From an uncultured Alphaproteobacteria bacterium (GTDB taxonomy: Bacteria; Pseudomonadota; Alphaproteobacteria; Rhizobiales; Beijerinckiaceae), in NCBI GenBank assembly GCA_963794155.1, contig CAWCCX010000006.1:2187-66186 (forward strand): a stretch of 64,000 nt of DNA, given 5' to 3'. A program made the position numbers and the translations under genes. Shown here piece by piece: positions 45,144-55,614 of this stretch. How positions within the stretch are numbered: position 1 is the stretch's first letter; every line of letters begins with the position of its first letter. Under the pieces are notes generated by a model, which saw nothing but the letters and a program-made list of their open reading frames with translations, was not told the DNA's origin and searched no databases.

Positions 45144-46439
45144 TCAGGGGCGCGCATCGACAGGAATGACGTATGGGCCCTCAGGGATCACAGCTACGGA
45201 CGTGTCGTTATGCCGGATGACGCTGTCCGCGACGGCTTGCTCGACCGAAGGAACGATCTCGACGCCGGTGATCCTCCTCTCCTCCGGATCGAGGCCTTCG
45301 GTATAAAGCTGCACGCGACCGATCCGCATCGACTTCAACTGCATCTCCGTCTGCCACTCATCGATATCGGCCAGCGACTTCGCGGTCAGAGTGGCGAGAA
45401 AGCGGTCGGGACCGAGTTCCAAGAGCTTTGTCTGCGCCCGCCGGAATTCCTTCGAGCCGAATCCCTCCGAACATCGCGAGGCGATAATCAAGGTCCCGCC
45501 GGGCGAGAGAATATCAAGCGGCGTCACCATGCCTTTGACAGTCTGATAATAAGTCTTGTCCAGCGGATATCCCGCCGAGGACGTGACGATCGTCTTGAAT
45601 TTGCGCCCGACCTTGATCCGCGTCGCGCTCTCAACGAACTCGACCGCCGCCAGATGACTGGCGATGATCTCACCAAAGGTGACATGCACGAGGCCGCGAT
45701 GCTCGTCGATCACCGTATTGAGCGCATAGATTTCGCCGATCATGCGAACGATTTCGAGCTGTTCCTCATGCAGAGGATTGCCGACCAAGTTGCACTGTAC
45801 GGCCAGCGGATCTTCCATGAAGCGCGCGGAATGAAACGTCCGGATCGTCTCGTGGCCGGCGACGCCGGGGGCGACGACTTTTCGTCCCCCGGACCAGCCA
45901 GCCATGAAGTGCGGCTCGACCAGACCTGTGGCGATCCTGAGGTCGGCTTCGACAAATCGCCTGTTGATCATGACAGGGGTGCCGCGCGTCGGCGTTCTGC
46001 CGAGGTCAATATGATCGTCGCTGTTACGGGCGAAATGGTTCTCCACTCGAACATGCTGGAGCACCCAGGGATCGCCGATGAGTTCGGCCAATTCGCCGCC
46101 CTCGTTCGGACGGTGAAGACCGGTTGCGACCAGCACCGCGATTTGGTCAATTGCTATCCCGCTCTCCAGCATTGTCTCGATCATCGGCCGCAGAAAAAGG
46201 CTATTTGGCACCGGTCGGGTGATGTCACAGACTAGGATGCAGGCGCTGCGGCGCCCTTTGGCCAGGTCGGTCAGCGACTTTGACCCGACCGGAGCCCCGA
46301 ACGCCTGGCGGATCGCGGCCGGGGCGTCGGAAAGCTTCGGCAACTCAGCCTTGCGAACGATCGTCGCCACAGCCCCAGCGGGGAGCCGAATTGGCAGAAC
46401 GCCCCGTCCATACGCGATTTCGATTGGATCGGGTTCCAT
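45144..46439 (-). CDS. larA: Nickel-dependent lactate racemase family protein (LarA homolog)
   Basis: CDITRPVP, ATGLHRP, NHFA, VEPHFMAGWSGGRK, GYPLD..YYQTVKG. Probable ATG at 46439. Confidence 0.9.
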   Translation of the reverse strand: MEPDPIEIAYGRGVLPIRLPAGAVATIVRKAELPKLSDAPAAIRQAFGAPVGSKSLTDLAKGRRSACILVCDITRPVPNSLFLRPMIETMLESGIAIDQIAVLVATGLHRPNEGGELAELIGDPWVLQHVRVENHFARNSDDHIDLGRTPTRGTPVMINRRFVEADLRIATGLVEPHFMAGWSGGRKVVAPGVAGHETIRTFHSARFMEDPLAVQCNLVGNPLHEEQLEIVRMIGEIYALNTVIDEHRGLVHVTFGEIIASHLAAVEFVESATRIKVGRKFKTIVTSSAGYPLDKTYYQTVKGMVTPLDILSPGGTLIIASRCSEGFGSKEFRRAQTKLLELGPDRFLATLTAKSLADIDEWQTEMQLKSMRIGRVQLYTEGLDPEERRITGVEIVPSVEQAVADSVIRHNDTSVAVIPEGPYVIPVDARP

Positions 46440-46717
46440 CGTCCGCTCCCTCGCTCCGCATCCTTTTCCGCTGCGTCCGGCGCGCCGCCGCTCGTCGATC
46501 CCCGCAAATCCGAGTTTAGTCACATCGGCCACTTTTAGGAAGAGTTGTCAGGTCATTGTCGGAATGCCAGGGCCTGGCGCACGCGCGAGAACGGCGAGGG
46601 CTGCAGAAGCCGTCCAATCGGAAGTCTCTCCGGAAGGCATGTCCTGCGACAAGTTCTGGAATCGCGCGGCTTCGGCCTTCGATAATCTCGGCTCTGCGAA
46701 GCCTGGCTTGCAAACCG

Positions 46718-47650
46718 TCAGAACTTTGAATCAATCCAGACCGCCTCGGAGATTTTTCGGGCGGCCAAAGCGTCAGGCGGCGCAGATTGAAGTCTTGCGA
46801 TGCTGTCGAGACGCGTTTCCGGTGGGCCTGCCGCAAGTCGCCAAGCCGCGATAAGCCACTGACTTGGCATTGCGACCGGGGGAATTGGGAGGTCCTGCGG
46901 CGGAACGACAATCAGTTCGTAAGTCAGCCTCTGGCCGCGCCTGTCGACGATCTCAAGCGTCAGGATATCATTGGGGTGAAGATCGCCCGGGCGCAATGGC
47001 AACGTCACGTGAGCGCTGCCGCAAGTGTCCGCCTGAGCAATCGCGTTGCCGTCCTTCCCGCGCAGCATCGCCCGTACGGAATGCGGCTGCAGCGACGGTT
47101 TCCATGCCGCGACGATTTCCGCGAGGTCGGCGCCAATCTGCTGACGCGTCTGGCTCAGTCGATCGAGCGGAACGAGAGATGAAGCCTCCTCATCGGCAGG
47201 CCCGCATTGCTCCAGCCCCCGGCCGGTTGCATAGACCGTCAGTCCGCTCTTGTTAAAGATATTGTGGTAAAGGGAAGCTAGGTAAGACATGGCTCGCGGC
47301 GACACGTCCTCGGAGGCCTGCGGCGCCTGAAACACGGGGTCATAAGACCCGCCAACATGGCGTTTCCCTTTCATCGTTTCTAGAGTCACAACCGCCTCGG
47401 GACCGACCTCGAGACGATCGCCATAACAAATGTGCGTCCCGGACGTCACCGGGACGTCATCATGTTCCCCGGCGTCCTTCAGGTCGCGCGGGAGCGCACG
47501 TTTGAAATGCATCTTCGTCGTATCGCCTTCGACGGAAAGAACGGTGGCGACGACTTGCTCCATCGGGCACGAGATATCGTCCGCGATCGCGCAGTTCGGC
47601 CGAACGACCAGTGCGGCGGCAAGCAGATGGACGGCAAGAACGCCTCTCAT
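46718..47650 (-). CDS. Secreted hypothetical protein, translationally coupled to the CHASE2 gene
   Basis: ATGA overlap with the CHASE2 stop at 47647-47650, signal peptide, FecR-like N-terminal beta region (VATVLSVEG...GDRLEVG). Confidence 0.7.
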   Translation of the reverse strand: MRGVLAVHLLAAALVVRPNCAIADDISCPMEQVVATVLSVEGDTTKMHFKRALPRDLKDAGEHDDVPVTSGTHICYGDRLEVGPEAVVTLETMKGKRHVGGSYDPVFQAPQASEDVSPRAMSYLASLYHNIFNKSGLTVYATGRGLEQCGPADEEASSLVPLDRLSQTRQQIGADLAEIVAAWKPSLQPHSVRAMLRGKDGNAIAQADTCGSAHVTLPLRPGDLHPNDILTLEIVDRRGQRLTYELIVVPPQDLPIPPVAMPSQWLIAAWRLAAGPPETRLDSIARLQSAPPDALAARKISEAVWIDSKF

Positions 47651-49191
47651 GGCGGCGTCGACTCCGTCACCTTGCCGGTCGAGGGTCCCGGCTGCCGCGA
47701 CGCTTCTGGATGGGGCGGAAACCACCGCGTCAGAAGCCCCTCTACGGCTTGTTCCGTACCGTCCGCGACGGCGGAGCATATTTCGATCAGAAGCACAACG
47801 ATCGTGCCAACGACGAAAGAAAGAATGCCGAAGCGCCAGCCATGCAAGACGTTCCAGCGATGCGACAGCCACCATGAAACGGAGGCGAAGATAAGTCCGC
47901 AAACCAAGATGACGAATGCCTCGAAAAACACCCGCTGCAGGCGTCGCCGCATGGGCAACCGCGCGCCCTGGGCCACCGACTTGAATGTCGGAAGCCAACA
48001 AAGGGGAATGGTCACCAATGCAGCGACGAGGATGAAAAACACGTCCAGCCCGAACTGAGCCGCGAGCTGAAGGTCATCGTTTGAGGACTGAAGGCTCAGC
48101 GCCAAATTGACATGGGCGAGCGCGCCCTGGAGATCGCCGAGCGGCGTCAACAACGTATCTTCCGACCATGGCGCGGTGGCGCCGATCACGACGATGGCGT
48201 CTTTCAAGACGCCAAGGTCCATGTTCGGAGAATCGATCAGGCTCTTGTATTTGACCAGCGAACTCGCCTTAATCCGCGCATAGGCCAGTTTCTTGACGCC
48301 GCCGGTGTCGCCCGATCCTTCTTTTCCGCCGCTGTCATACTTTTGGTCCGTTTCATTCCCGATCGTCCAGCGAATGGGAACGATATCCGGACGATCAAGG
48401 TCCGGCGTCTTGATGCACGACTCCCCCGCGCAGGAAGATCCGGCGTTCGCCAGCTCGACCGCCCGCACCATCGCCGCTTGCCGCGAGACGATCTCTTCGC
48501 CCGGCCCAAATCGAACGCGGTAGGCCGAGCAGGCCCCCTCGGGCAGCCCATAGGCGCCGAGCGTGAGCACCGGATGAACAAGAGCAACCGAGGGCAGCGC
48601 CTTCTCGCTTGCGGATTGCCCCGCCTTCGTCAAGTCGCTGAACGCGGTCTCCAGTTCCGTCGGAGGGATTCGATCGTTTTGATCGTCGCAGGGCGGAAGC
48701 CGGCCCGCGGTGAAGAAAGTCGGAATGAGAACCGGGGTCTTGCTTTGCGTCGCGAGTTCGTCATGGAGGTCGGGGTCATCGGGCAGACGATTGCGAAAGT
48801 CGAAATCGAGGTAGACGACGGCCGCGGAGGCCGATCTCGCAAGCTCCGTCAGTTTAGCAATCAGGCCTCGCGGTGTGTTGTTTCGCAGTGATTCCTGCGA
48901 GGCGGGAGATTGCGGATCGTCGTTCGGCGCGACGCTCCATTTCCTGGCGGCGTTGTCGTCGATGTCGATGAAAACGACTCGATGGGCGTTCGATAGCAGA
49001 TGGATTTCTGGCGAATGGAAGCTATCGTAGACATAGTCCTCGGCGGCGACGAGCTCCTGGAGCGGGCCAAAATCGAGCATCCTGAGAAGGTATGTGAACC
49101 CGAGGACGATCACCGCGACGACCAAGCCCGCCATGGCCGTGCCGGCGGCGCGGGCGATTGCAGATGGCGGGGCGTTCATCCTGACGTTCAT
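47647..49191 (-). CDS. CHASE2-domain membrane protein without output domain
   Basis: N-terminal TM, VVFIDID, VYLDFDF, KDAIVVIGATA..EDTLLTPLG, GALAHVN, then three TM helices and a short tail. Confidence 0.85.
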   Translation of the reverse strand: MNVRMNAPPSAIARAAGTAMAGLVVAVIVLGFTYLLRMLDFGPLQELVAAEDYVYDSFHSPEIHLLSNAHRVVFIDIDDNAARKWSVAPNDDPQSPASQESLRNNTPRGLIAKLTELARSASAAVVYLDFDFRNRLPDDPDLHDELATQSKTPVLIPTFFTAGRLPPCDDQNDRIPPTELETAFSDLTKAGQSASEKALPSVALVHPVLTLGAYGLPEGACSAYRVRFGPGEEIVSRQAAMVRAVELANAGSSCAGESCIKTPDLDRPDIVPIRWTIGNETDQKYDSGGKEGSGDTGGVKKLAYARIKASSLVKYKSLIDSPNMDLGVLKDAIVVIGATAPWSEDTLLTPLGDLQGALAHVNLALSLQSSNDDLQLAAQFGLDVFFILVAALVTIPLCWLPTFKSVAQGARLPMRRRLQRVFFEAFVILVCGLIFASVSWWLSHRWNVLHGWRFGILSFVVGTIVVLLIEICSAVADGTEQAVEGLLTRWFPPHPEASRQPGPSTGKVTESTPP

Positions 49192-49295
49192 GAGCGGCCC
49201 CGAGCGTCCTCATCGATCGCCGGACACGCATTGGCTGCAATGCCGATCCGCTACCGCTCTGCTGTCTGGACCACGAACCAGGAAGAGGGATCGGC

Positions 49296-50528
49296 CTAAA
49301 GCTGATCGGTCGCCCGTCCGTACATCGAGGGGTCGTCCTTCGCGCCATCGGCGGTGAAAATGACGCGTAGCGGCAGCGGGTCCTGAGGCTTGATCTTGTT
49401 GTCCGGTCCGATCAATTGCGCCTCGACCCACTTGATGCATTGCTGCTTGGTGACGTCAGCTACGCCTTTGCTGATTTCCGCCGAACTCGCCATGCCCGAC
49501 TCGGTCGAGCTGATCGCCTCGATGTTGTCGGACAGGCAATCGTAGATGATGCGCTGTGCGCGGTACCGCAGGGCGAAAGCGTTGGGATCGCGCCGCAAGT
49601 ACGGCTCCAGCTGAGCCACCCCGGCGCCGGAAGCCTCCGACAGCAATTGCTCGGCGCTCTCGCGAACTTCGCCGTTCACGAGATCGCCATGGGTCTGATA
49701 GAGACGCTGCACGAACAAGGTCGAGCTTCGATTCGCCGCCAGCAATTCCGACGTCTCGAACAGCCGCGCGTAGACGTTGGCCGCCGCCTTTTTGATGATC
49801 AGGTCGATGTCGTTCATCGTCACCTCGCCGCGGTTGGTGCCGTCGAAGAGGCTGCCGATTTCATTCTGGACGCGAGCGAGAATCATGACCCGCAGACGCT
49901 CGGGCGACCAGTTCTCGCCAAGGAACGTCTCGAACTTGACCAGATTGGCTTCCCGGATCGAGGTCTCCAGCGCCTCGAGGATCGCGTGCTCCGTGACGTC
50001 GCCTTCTTTGGTCGAGTGCTGAGCGTTCTGGGCCTGCTGGATGCGCTTGATCAGGTCGTCGATCCGGCTCGTGTAATCGCGATTGGCTTCGGCGTTGTCG
50101 TCCCTGCCGATCTGTTGGAGATCGTCCGAGGCGCCGACGGCGCCAAGCGATTGACTGGGCGTGACGGATTTCAGGATCGCCTGTTCTTCCTGGGTGGTCG
50201 GCGGCGCGAGCGAGGCAAGCGCGCGGGACGACTCCTCCGGCGAAGGCGGCGCTCCGTTGCCAGCCGGGCGCGAACGACTGTACGCCGCACCGCCCGAGGA
50301 CGGATGATAGGCGGGCGGAGGTCGATGGCTATAGCCGCCGCCGCTGTGAAGGCGTTGCTGCAGGAGCATGTTGCCAACCATCCCGCCCACCATGCCTCCG
50401 ACAAATCCTCGGAGAAAGGCGTCGTTTGCATATGCCGGTGATTGGTCGAAAGCCGCGAGTGCAACGGCGGCGCTCGCCGCCAAAAGTATGCCAGAAGTCG
50501 CGTGGCGCTTCACTGACTCGACGCTCAT
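49296..50528 (-). CDS. Secreted hypothetical protein with glycine-zipper-like segment
   Basis: Signal peptide, GFVGGMVGGMVGNML, Pro/Ser/Gly linker, helical body. Confidence 0.7.
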   Translation of the reverse strand: MSVESVKRHATSGILLAASAAVALAAFDQSPAYANDAFLRGFVGGMVGGMVGNMLLQQRLHSGGGYSHRPPPAYHPSSGGAAYSRSRPAGNGAPPSPEESSRALASLAPPTTQEEQAILKSVTPSQSLGAVGASDDLQQIGRDDNAEANRDYTSRIDDLIKRIQQAQNAQHSTKEGDVTEHAILEALETSIREANLVKFETFLGENWSPERLRVMILARVQNEIGSLFDGTNRGEVTMNDIDLIIKKAAANVYARLFETSELLAANRSSTLFVQRLYQTHGDLVNGEVRESAEQLLSEASGAGVAQLEPYLRRDPNAFALRYRAQRIIYDCLSDNIEAISSTESGMASSAEISKGVADVTKQQCIKWVEAQLIGPDNKIKPQDPLPLRVIFTADGAKDDPSMYGRATDQL

Positions 50529-50589
50529 GGAATTCTCCCGATGATGCGGTTCAGTCCAATTCACACTATAGAGCCGATCTCCGGCATGT

Positions 50590-53308
50590 TCAACGCCGGG
50601 GCTGACGGGTCGACTGGGCGTTCGTTTCGGCTTGCGCCGCAATGATTTGCTGATTGATCAAGTCGGCGAAGGGCACTTTCTCCTTTCGCGCCGCCTCGAA
50701 CGTCGCTGACAGCGTTCGGCGCAAAACATCGTTATCGTAGCAGCGGGTCTCGCGCTCGAGGCTGCGGAACTGAGGCTCGGTAGGCGATTCCGCCCGCCCC
50801 CAGTCCCACACCCAGACCGGCTTCTTATATGGGTAGTTGCAATTCCAGAGCGGAACCTCGAGCCGGCGAATCTTCACCTTGTGGGTCTCGGGGTCGACTG
50901 TCCCGTAAAAGCGCTGCAGCCGGTCGATTTCGTCGGGAGTGAGCAAAGCCCGATCGTTCAGGTCGACCGCCTGGCCGTTGACGGCCATTTCCGCGAGCAG
51001 GATGCCTGCGCCAATCTCGTAGAACGGATTGCCGTCCGCCTTGGTCGGGTCGGCCTGAACCGACAGCTTGATCGCGAGAAAAGCATATTTCATCGCCATC
51101 AGAGGGTCTTTAGGCTGATCGAGTTCGCCGTTGCGGTAGATGTCGGCAAGCATATTGGCCGCCCGGGCCGAACCGTGGCTCAGCGCCCTGTTGAGCAGAT
51201 CGATGGCTTCGTTTGCGCCGTTCTCCGGCTTGACCAGCATGCGGCCGGCCAGAAGCCTGCGCGCGAGTTCGATCTCCGCTTCCTCGTCGCCGCCATGCGC
51301 GGCGAGCCGGTAGTAACGTTCCGCGATCTCCGGCTGCGGGCTCGGCAGGCCCCAGCCATGCTCCATCATCAGGGCCATGTTATATTGCGCGGCCGGATTG
51401 TTGTCGGCGGCCGCGCGCCCCCACCACAGCAACGCTTGGGTATCGTCCGATAGTACGCTGCTCGAGGCGATCTCGCCGGCGGAATTGTAGACCCGGTAGC
51501 CGCTGAAATAATAGAAGCCGAGATTAAGCTTGGCGGCGTCCGAGCCCGAATTCCGCCGCCCGCTGGGCCCATTCGACCCCGCGATGCGGATTTGGAGCCA
51601 CGCCGTGGCCATAGAAGAGCGCATCGGCGGTCTCGACCATCGCCGGAACCGATCCGCTTTCCGCTGCTTTCGAAAACCATCGATACGCCTCGGATAGGTC
51701 ACGCTGCAGCCCGAACGAGCCGCTGCTGTAGCGCTGCCCGAGTTCATACATCGCCGGCGGAAACTCCTGAATGGCCGCCTTGAGAAGAAGCGCATTGTCG
51801 CGCCCCTGCTCCTCCTCGCTCGCGTCGGAGTAAGCGGAGAGCGTAGCCAGACTGAAGAGCGCGGCCACATAGCCGCGATTGGCGGCGTCGTTGTAGGCGG
51901 CGCGCGCGTCGACGATGAGCGGTTTGCGCGTGGGATCATCGAGCCGGAGCGCGTTGGCCGCGGCGAACTTGGCCCGGCCCAGATTGAAAAGATACCTGAC
52001 GATGCGCGGATTGCGCTCGATTGATTTCCCGCACGCTACGGTCGCGGCGTCGAAGTCAATCTTGTCGAGCGTGACCCCCGAGACCTCGGGCGGCCGAGAG
52101 GGGTCGCTCTCGGAGGCGGCGAGCCGGTCGCAATCGTCAATCTGCTTGGGGGTGCCGGATACGGTCGGGGCCACGACCTCGGACGAGCCGATGAGACTCA
52201 CGAGCACGCGGCGGGCGAGCTCTGCGGTGGGACAATCGTGGAAACGCCGGCGATGCCTCTCCAGCGCTTCGCGGTCGGGTTGCTGGCTGATCTCCGCCCA
52301 ATCCACGTCGGCGCCCGCACATTGCTGCTGCGTCAGCTGGAAGCGTTCGGCGCCGACCGGATCGACGAGAGCGAAATTGTCGCTGACGCCGAGATTCTCG
52401 AAATATTGCGGCTCCTGCTGCCGCCCGCCGGCCAGCGCGAAAGCCTGGACCATACGAATGACGCGCTGGCCGAGTTCGATCAGGGTCTGCCCCGGCCGTT
52501 GCAGCTCCGACCGGACAACCTCGGTGAACAGCGAATTGCGTCGATGATCCCCGTATCCGAAGCTCTCGATCGCGGTTTCGCCGAAGGAAGCCGAGAAGAC
52601 GACCATCGAGCCCGCCGGCACATCCTTCGGTTGCAAGAGACGGCTGCCGGAAGTGAGGCCGCGCTTGATTTCCCGCTCGTCCGTCGTCGCGCGGATGAGC
52701 GAGCGGCAAGCGTCAAGAAGGAGAATGGCGACCTTCGGCTTCTTGTCCGCGATCGCGTTCATCACATCGCTGACGGAAATGCCGTTCTTGGCGATTTCGT
52801 CAGTCTCGTAGGCCCCTTCGAACGACGGCATCTTGAGCGAGATGATGTCGTCCCGGCGCTTATCCGCTTCGATCACCTGGTCGCGGGTATATGTCCGCAG
52901 GCTCTTTATGTCGCCGAGCAGCAGATAATCGGTGTCGTTCGCTTCGACGCCGAGGCCATGGCCGGAATAGAAGAACAGAACGACGTCGCCTTCCTTCACG
53001 GTGGCGAGGAACGCCTGGAATCGCTTGTCGAAATCGCTCTTGCCGCGCAGTTCCGTCGCCAGCGTAATGTTCTTCTTGTCGAAGCCGACCTGCTCGAGGT
53101 CGGCGGCGAGATCGCTTGCGTCGTTGTCGGACCGTGTGAGGCTTGGAATATCCTGGTCGGAATAGCGCTGTTCGCCGACGAGAAACGCGCGCCGCGTCTG
53201 CGCGCTCGCAGCGTCGACGCCGAGACAGCCGATCGCGACGATCGCGATTCCGAAGAGGGCTGCGCTTGCCCTCACCAACGACGCTCGTTTCATGCCACGC
53301 CTCATCAA
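50590..53308 (-). CDS. Exported caspase-family (C14) peptidase + Sel1/TPR repeats, +1 frameshift at 51545-51547
   Basis: Signal peptide (probable ATG 53293), FFYSGHG and LDACR dyad. Sel1 repeats (AMYELG, WFSKAAESG, AQYNMA, YYRLAA) continue across the frameshift. Confidence 0.87.
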
Positions 53309-53341
53309 GTTAAAGTCTCGCGTTGACCGTTTGGGTCACGA

Positions 53342-55339
53342 TTAGGGTGCCAAGTCCCGCGCGACGCGAAACCCGACCCTCTCCGACCCCTCGTCGACGC
53401 TCTCATAATCGCGCGCGGCGGCGCGGAGTTTGGCCGGTTCATCCGCCCACGAGCCGCCGCGCGTCGCGCGCGCCGTGCAATCGCCGGAAAGAACCGGGGC
53501 GCCATTCGAGGCGACTGCAGCCGGGGTCGGGTTCCAGCAATCCTCGGTCCATTGCCGCACATTCCCGAGCATGTTGTAAAGCCCGAACGGATTGGCCGGT
53601 CCGTTGTCGACGGGCTCGGTCTTGAGCCGAGGGTCGGCTTTCGGGCTCCCGTCATAGGAACGCCGCGAATCGTAGACCGCGAGCTCGGGCTTGATGGCGC
53701 CGAACCAGAACGGCGCGTAGGCGCATTTCAGGCTGTTACAGCCTCGCGCGGCGTATTCCCACTCCCCTTCGCTCAGCAGGCGATAAGGCTGGCCGGTCTT
53801 GCCTTTGAGCCATTGCACATAGAGTTGCGCGTCGCTCCAGGTTGCGAAGATCGCCGGACGCTTGCCGCGACCGAAGTCGAGGTCGCCGAGCCGGCGGCGC
53901 CCGCAGGCGCCCTCCGCGTAGCAGGCGTCCCATTGAGCAAATGTCACTGCGTACCGACCCACAGCGAAGGGCTTGGCGATCTCGACCAGGTGCGGCCCGG
54001 CTTCAAACTTTTGGCGTCCGCTTTCGCCGAGCGGCGAGCCCAGCATCGCCTTGCCGGCGGGCACGACGACCATTTCAGGACATTCGTCGCATTCCCTGAA
54101 GACCTCGCCGCCCGGATCGTTCACCGCTACCTTCGGCGGGGGGCCGACGAGAACGGCCGCCGCAGTCGATTTGGCGGCGGGCGACCCGGGCGGCGCTTCG
54201 GACGGGGCCGCAGGTGAAGGCGTCGCGGATGGCGGAAGTGCGACGCTCGGCGGCGGGATGACGATTGCGGTTTGGGTGGTCGCCTTCAAAGCCTCCGCGC
54301 GCGCCTTCGCTCGCTCCCTGAGCGGCCCATCCGGCAGCTTGGGGATGAGCGCCGCGAGCAGGTCCGCATTCGTCGTCGCGTCGATCATCGCGTCGAGAGC
54401 TTCATCCGGCGGGGCCGAGTCCATCGGCCGCGCGGAGGCGGTCAAGGCGCCGGCCGTCAAATTCGCCGTCTGCGTTGTTCTCAATGCCCCCGCCCGCGCC
54501 TCGCACGTGGCCGAGAGACAGGCCTCGCCCAACACCTCGTCATAGTAGGCCGGGGTCTGATCATGGTCGGCGGCGGCCGCCAATGCGTGCGTCTTGGCCT
54601 GGCTGGCCTTGATCGCGTCGCGCAGCGGCAGGTCGGCGCTGAGCAGCGGCAGGAATGTGCGGGTGAAAACGCTGTTGGGATCGGAATCCGCATCGGACAG
54701 CCGATCCATCGCGGACTGACCTTCACCGGCGGAATAGATGATGAAACTGCCTTCGACCGATTGCGGCTTCAAGCCGCGCGCCAGAGCGTAGCCTCTCTCG
54801 CCGGGCGGCGGCCGAAACGGGCTGTCGCGGCACGCGTCGATGATCGCCGCCTTCAGGCCTGCGTTCTTGCGTTCGAGGTCGTCGAGCACGCCGTCGACGC
54901 CGTTGCGCAGCGGCAGCGAAAGCCGCGTCAGAAGCTCCTCGGTGGCGCGCCCAGGCACGTCGACGCCGACGAGATAATTGTGCGCGCCATCGCTCCAACC
55001 ATGGCCGGAATAGACGAACACGGCCGTGTCGCCGGGATTGATCTTTTGGACGAAATCCGCGACCGCGCTGGACATCTCGAGCATCGAGAGGTCGTAGCCC
55101 TCCTGCACCGAGAATCCCTTCCCGCGCAGAACCGCCGCGTAAGCGGTCGCGTCGGCCTTGGCCTTTTGCAGCTTGTCGATGTGTTGATAGTCGTCGTTGC
55201 CGATGACGAGCGCGACGCGGCGGCCGGCGGTTTGCGGCGCCGCCGGACCCGAAAGCGCCAGAGCAAGCGCTATCAGCGCGAGGCCCGCCCACGGCCGCCG
55301 CGCGCTCGGCCGCTCTCCCGCAGCGTCCGGGCGTCGCAT
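53342..55339 (-). CDS. Exported caspase-family peptidase + Pro-rich linker + FGE/SUMF1-like domain
   Basis: Signal peptide, RRVALVIGNDDY, YSGHG, IDACRD; CPEMVVVPAG, NPFGLYNMLGNVRQW, RGGSW, GFRVAR. Confidence 0.9.
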   Translation of the reverse strand: MRRPDAAGERPSARRPWAGLALIALALALSGPAAPQTAGRRVALVIGNDDYQHIDKLQKAKADATAYAAVLRGKGFSVQEGYDLSMLEMSSAVADFVQKINPGDTAVFVYSGHGWSDGAHNYLVGVDVPGRATEELLTRLSLPLRNGVDGVLDDLERKNAGLKAAIIDACRDSPFRPPPGERGYALARGLKPQSVEGSFIIYSAGEGQSAMDRLSDADSDPNSVFTRTFLPLLSADLPLRDAIKASQAKTHALAAAADHDQTPAYYDEVLGEACLSATCEARAGALRTTQTANLTAGALTASARPMDSAPPDEALDAMIDATTNADLLAALIPKLPDGPLRERAKARAEALKATTQTAIVIPPPSVALPPSATPSPAAPSEAPPGSPAAKSTAAAVLVGPPPKVAVNDPGGEVFRECDECPEMVVVPAGKAMLGSPLGESGRQKFEAGPHLVEIAKPFAVGRYAVTFAQWDACYAEGACGRRRLGDLDFGRGKRPAIFATWSDAQLYVQWLKGKTGQPYRLLSEGEWEYAARGCNSLKCAYAPFWFGAIKPELAVYDSRRSYDGSPKADPRLKTEPVDNGPANPFGLYNMLGNVRQWTEDCWNPTPAAVASNGAPVLSGDCTARATRGGSWADEPAKLRAAARDYESVDEGSERVGFRVARDLAP

Positions 55340-55614
55340 TGCGCCGCGCCGGTCATGGCGGCGGGTCAGAGCCCATCGAGCAACCTTGCCGATGAATCTC
55401 ATGGCCGGGGTCACCTCTTTCAGTCCCGCATCGCTTCGCCCCTCCCGAACCGACCCATTAAGACCAGAGGACGACCATAGTCCACTGAAAAAGGATGTGT
55501 CATGTCGACGAAAGGAGCATATGGACCTGGCCGCCCGTATTCGTCGGCTCGCAATTCGCCGCTTTCGCGGAATGACAAAGCAGGAGCGCGGCTCATCGCG
55601 TGAGCCCAAATGGG

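Noticed and set aside
53342-53500. Diversity-generating retroelement target (FGE/CLec C-terminus)
   Set aside because: No template repeat matching this region and no reverse transcriptase seen in the window.
53342-55609. 755-aa ORF start at 55609 as given in the track (also the 427-aa ORF 46718-48001 and 430-aa ORF 10246-11538)
   Set aside because: The N-terminal extensions are non-protein-like or overlap neighbouring genes; signal peptides, motifs and overlaps support later starts (55339, 47650, 11406).
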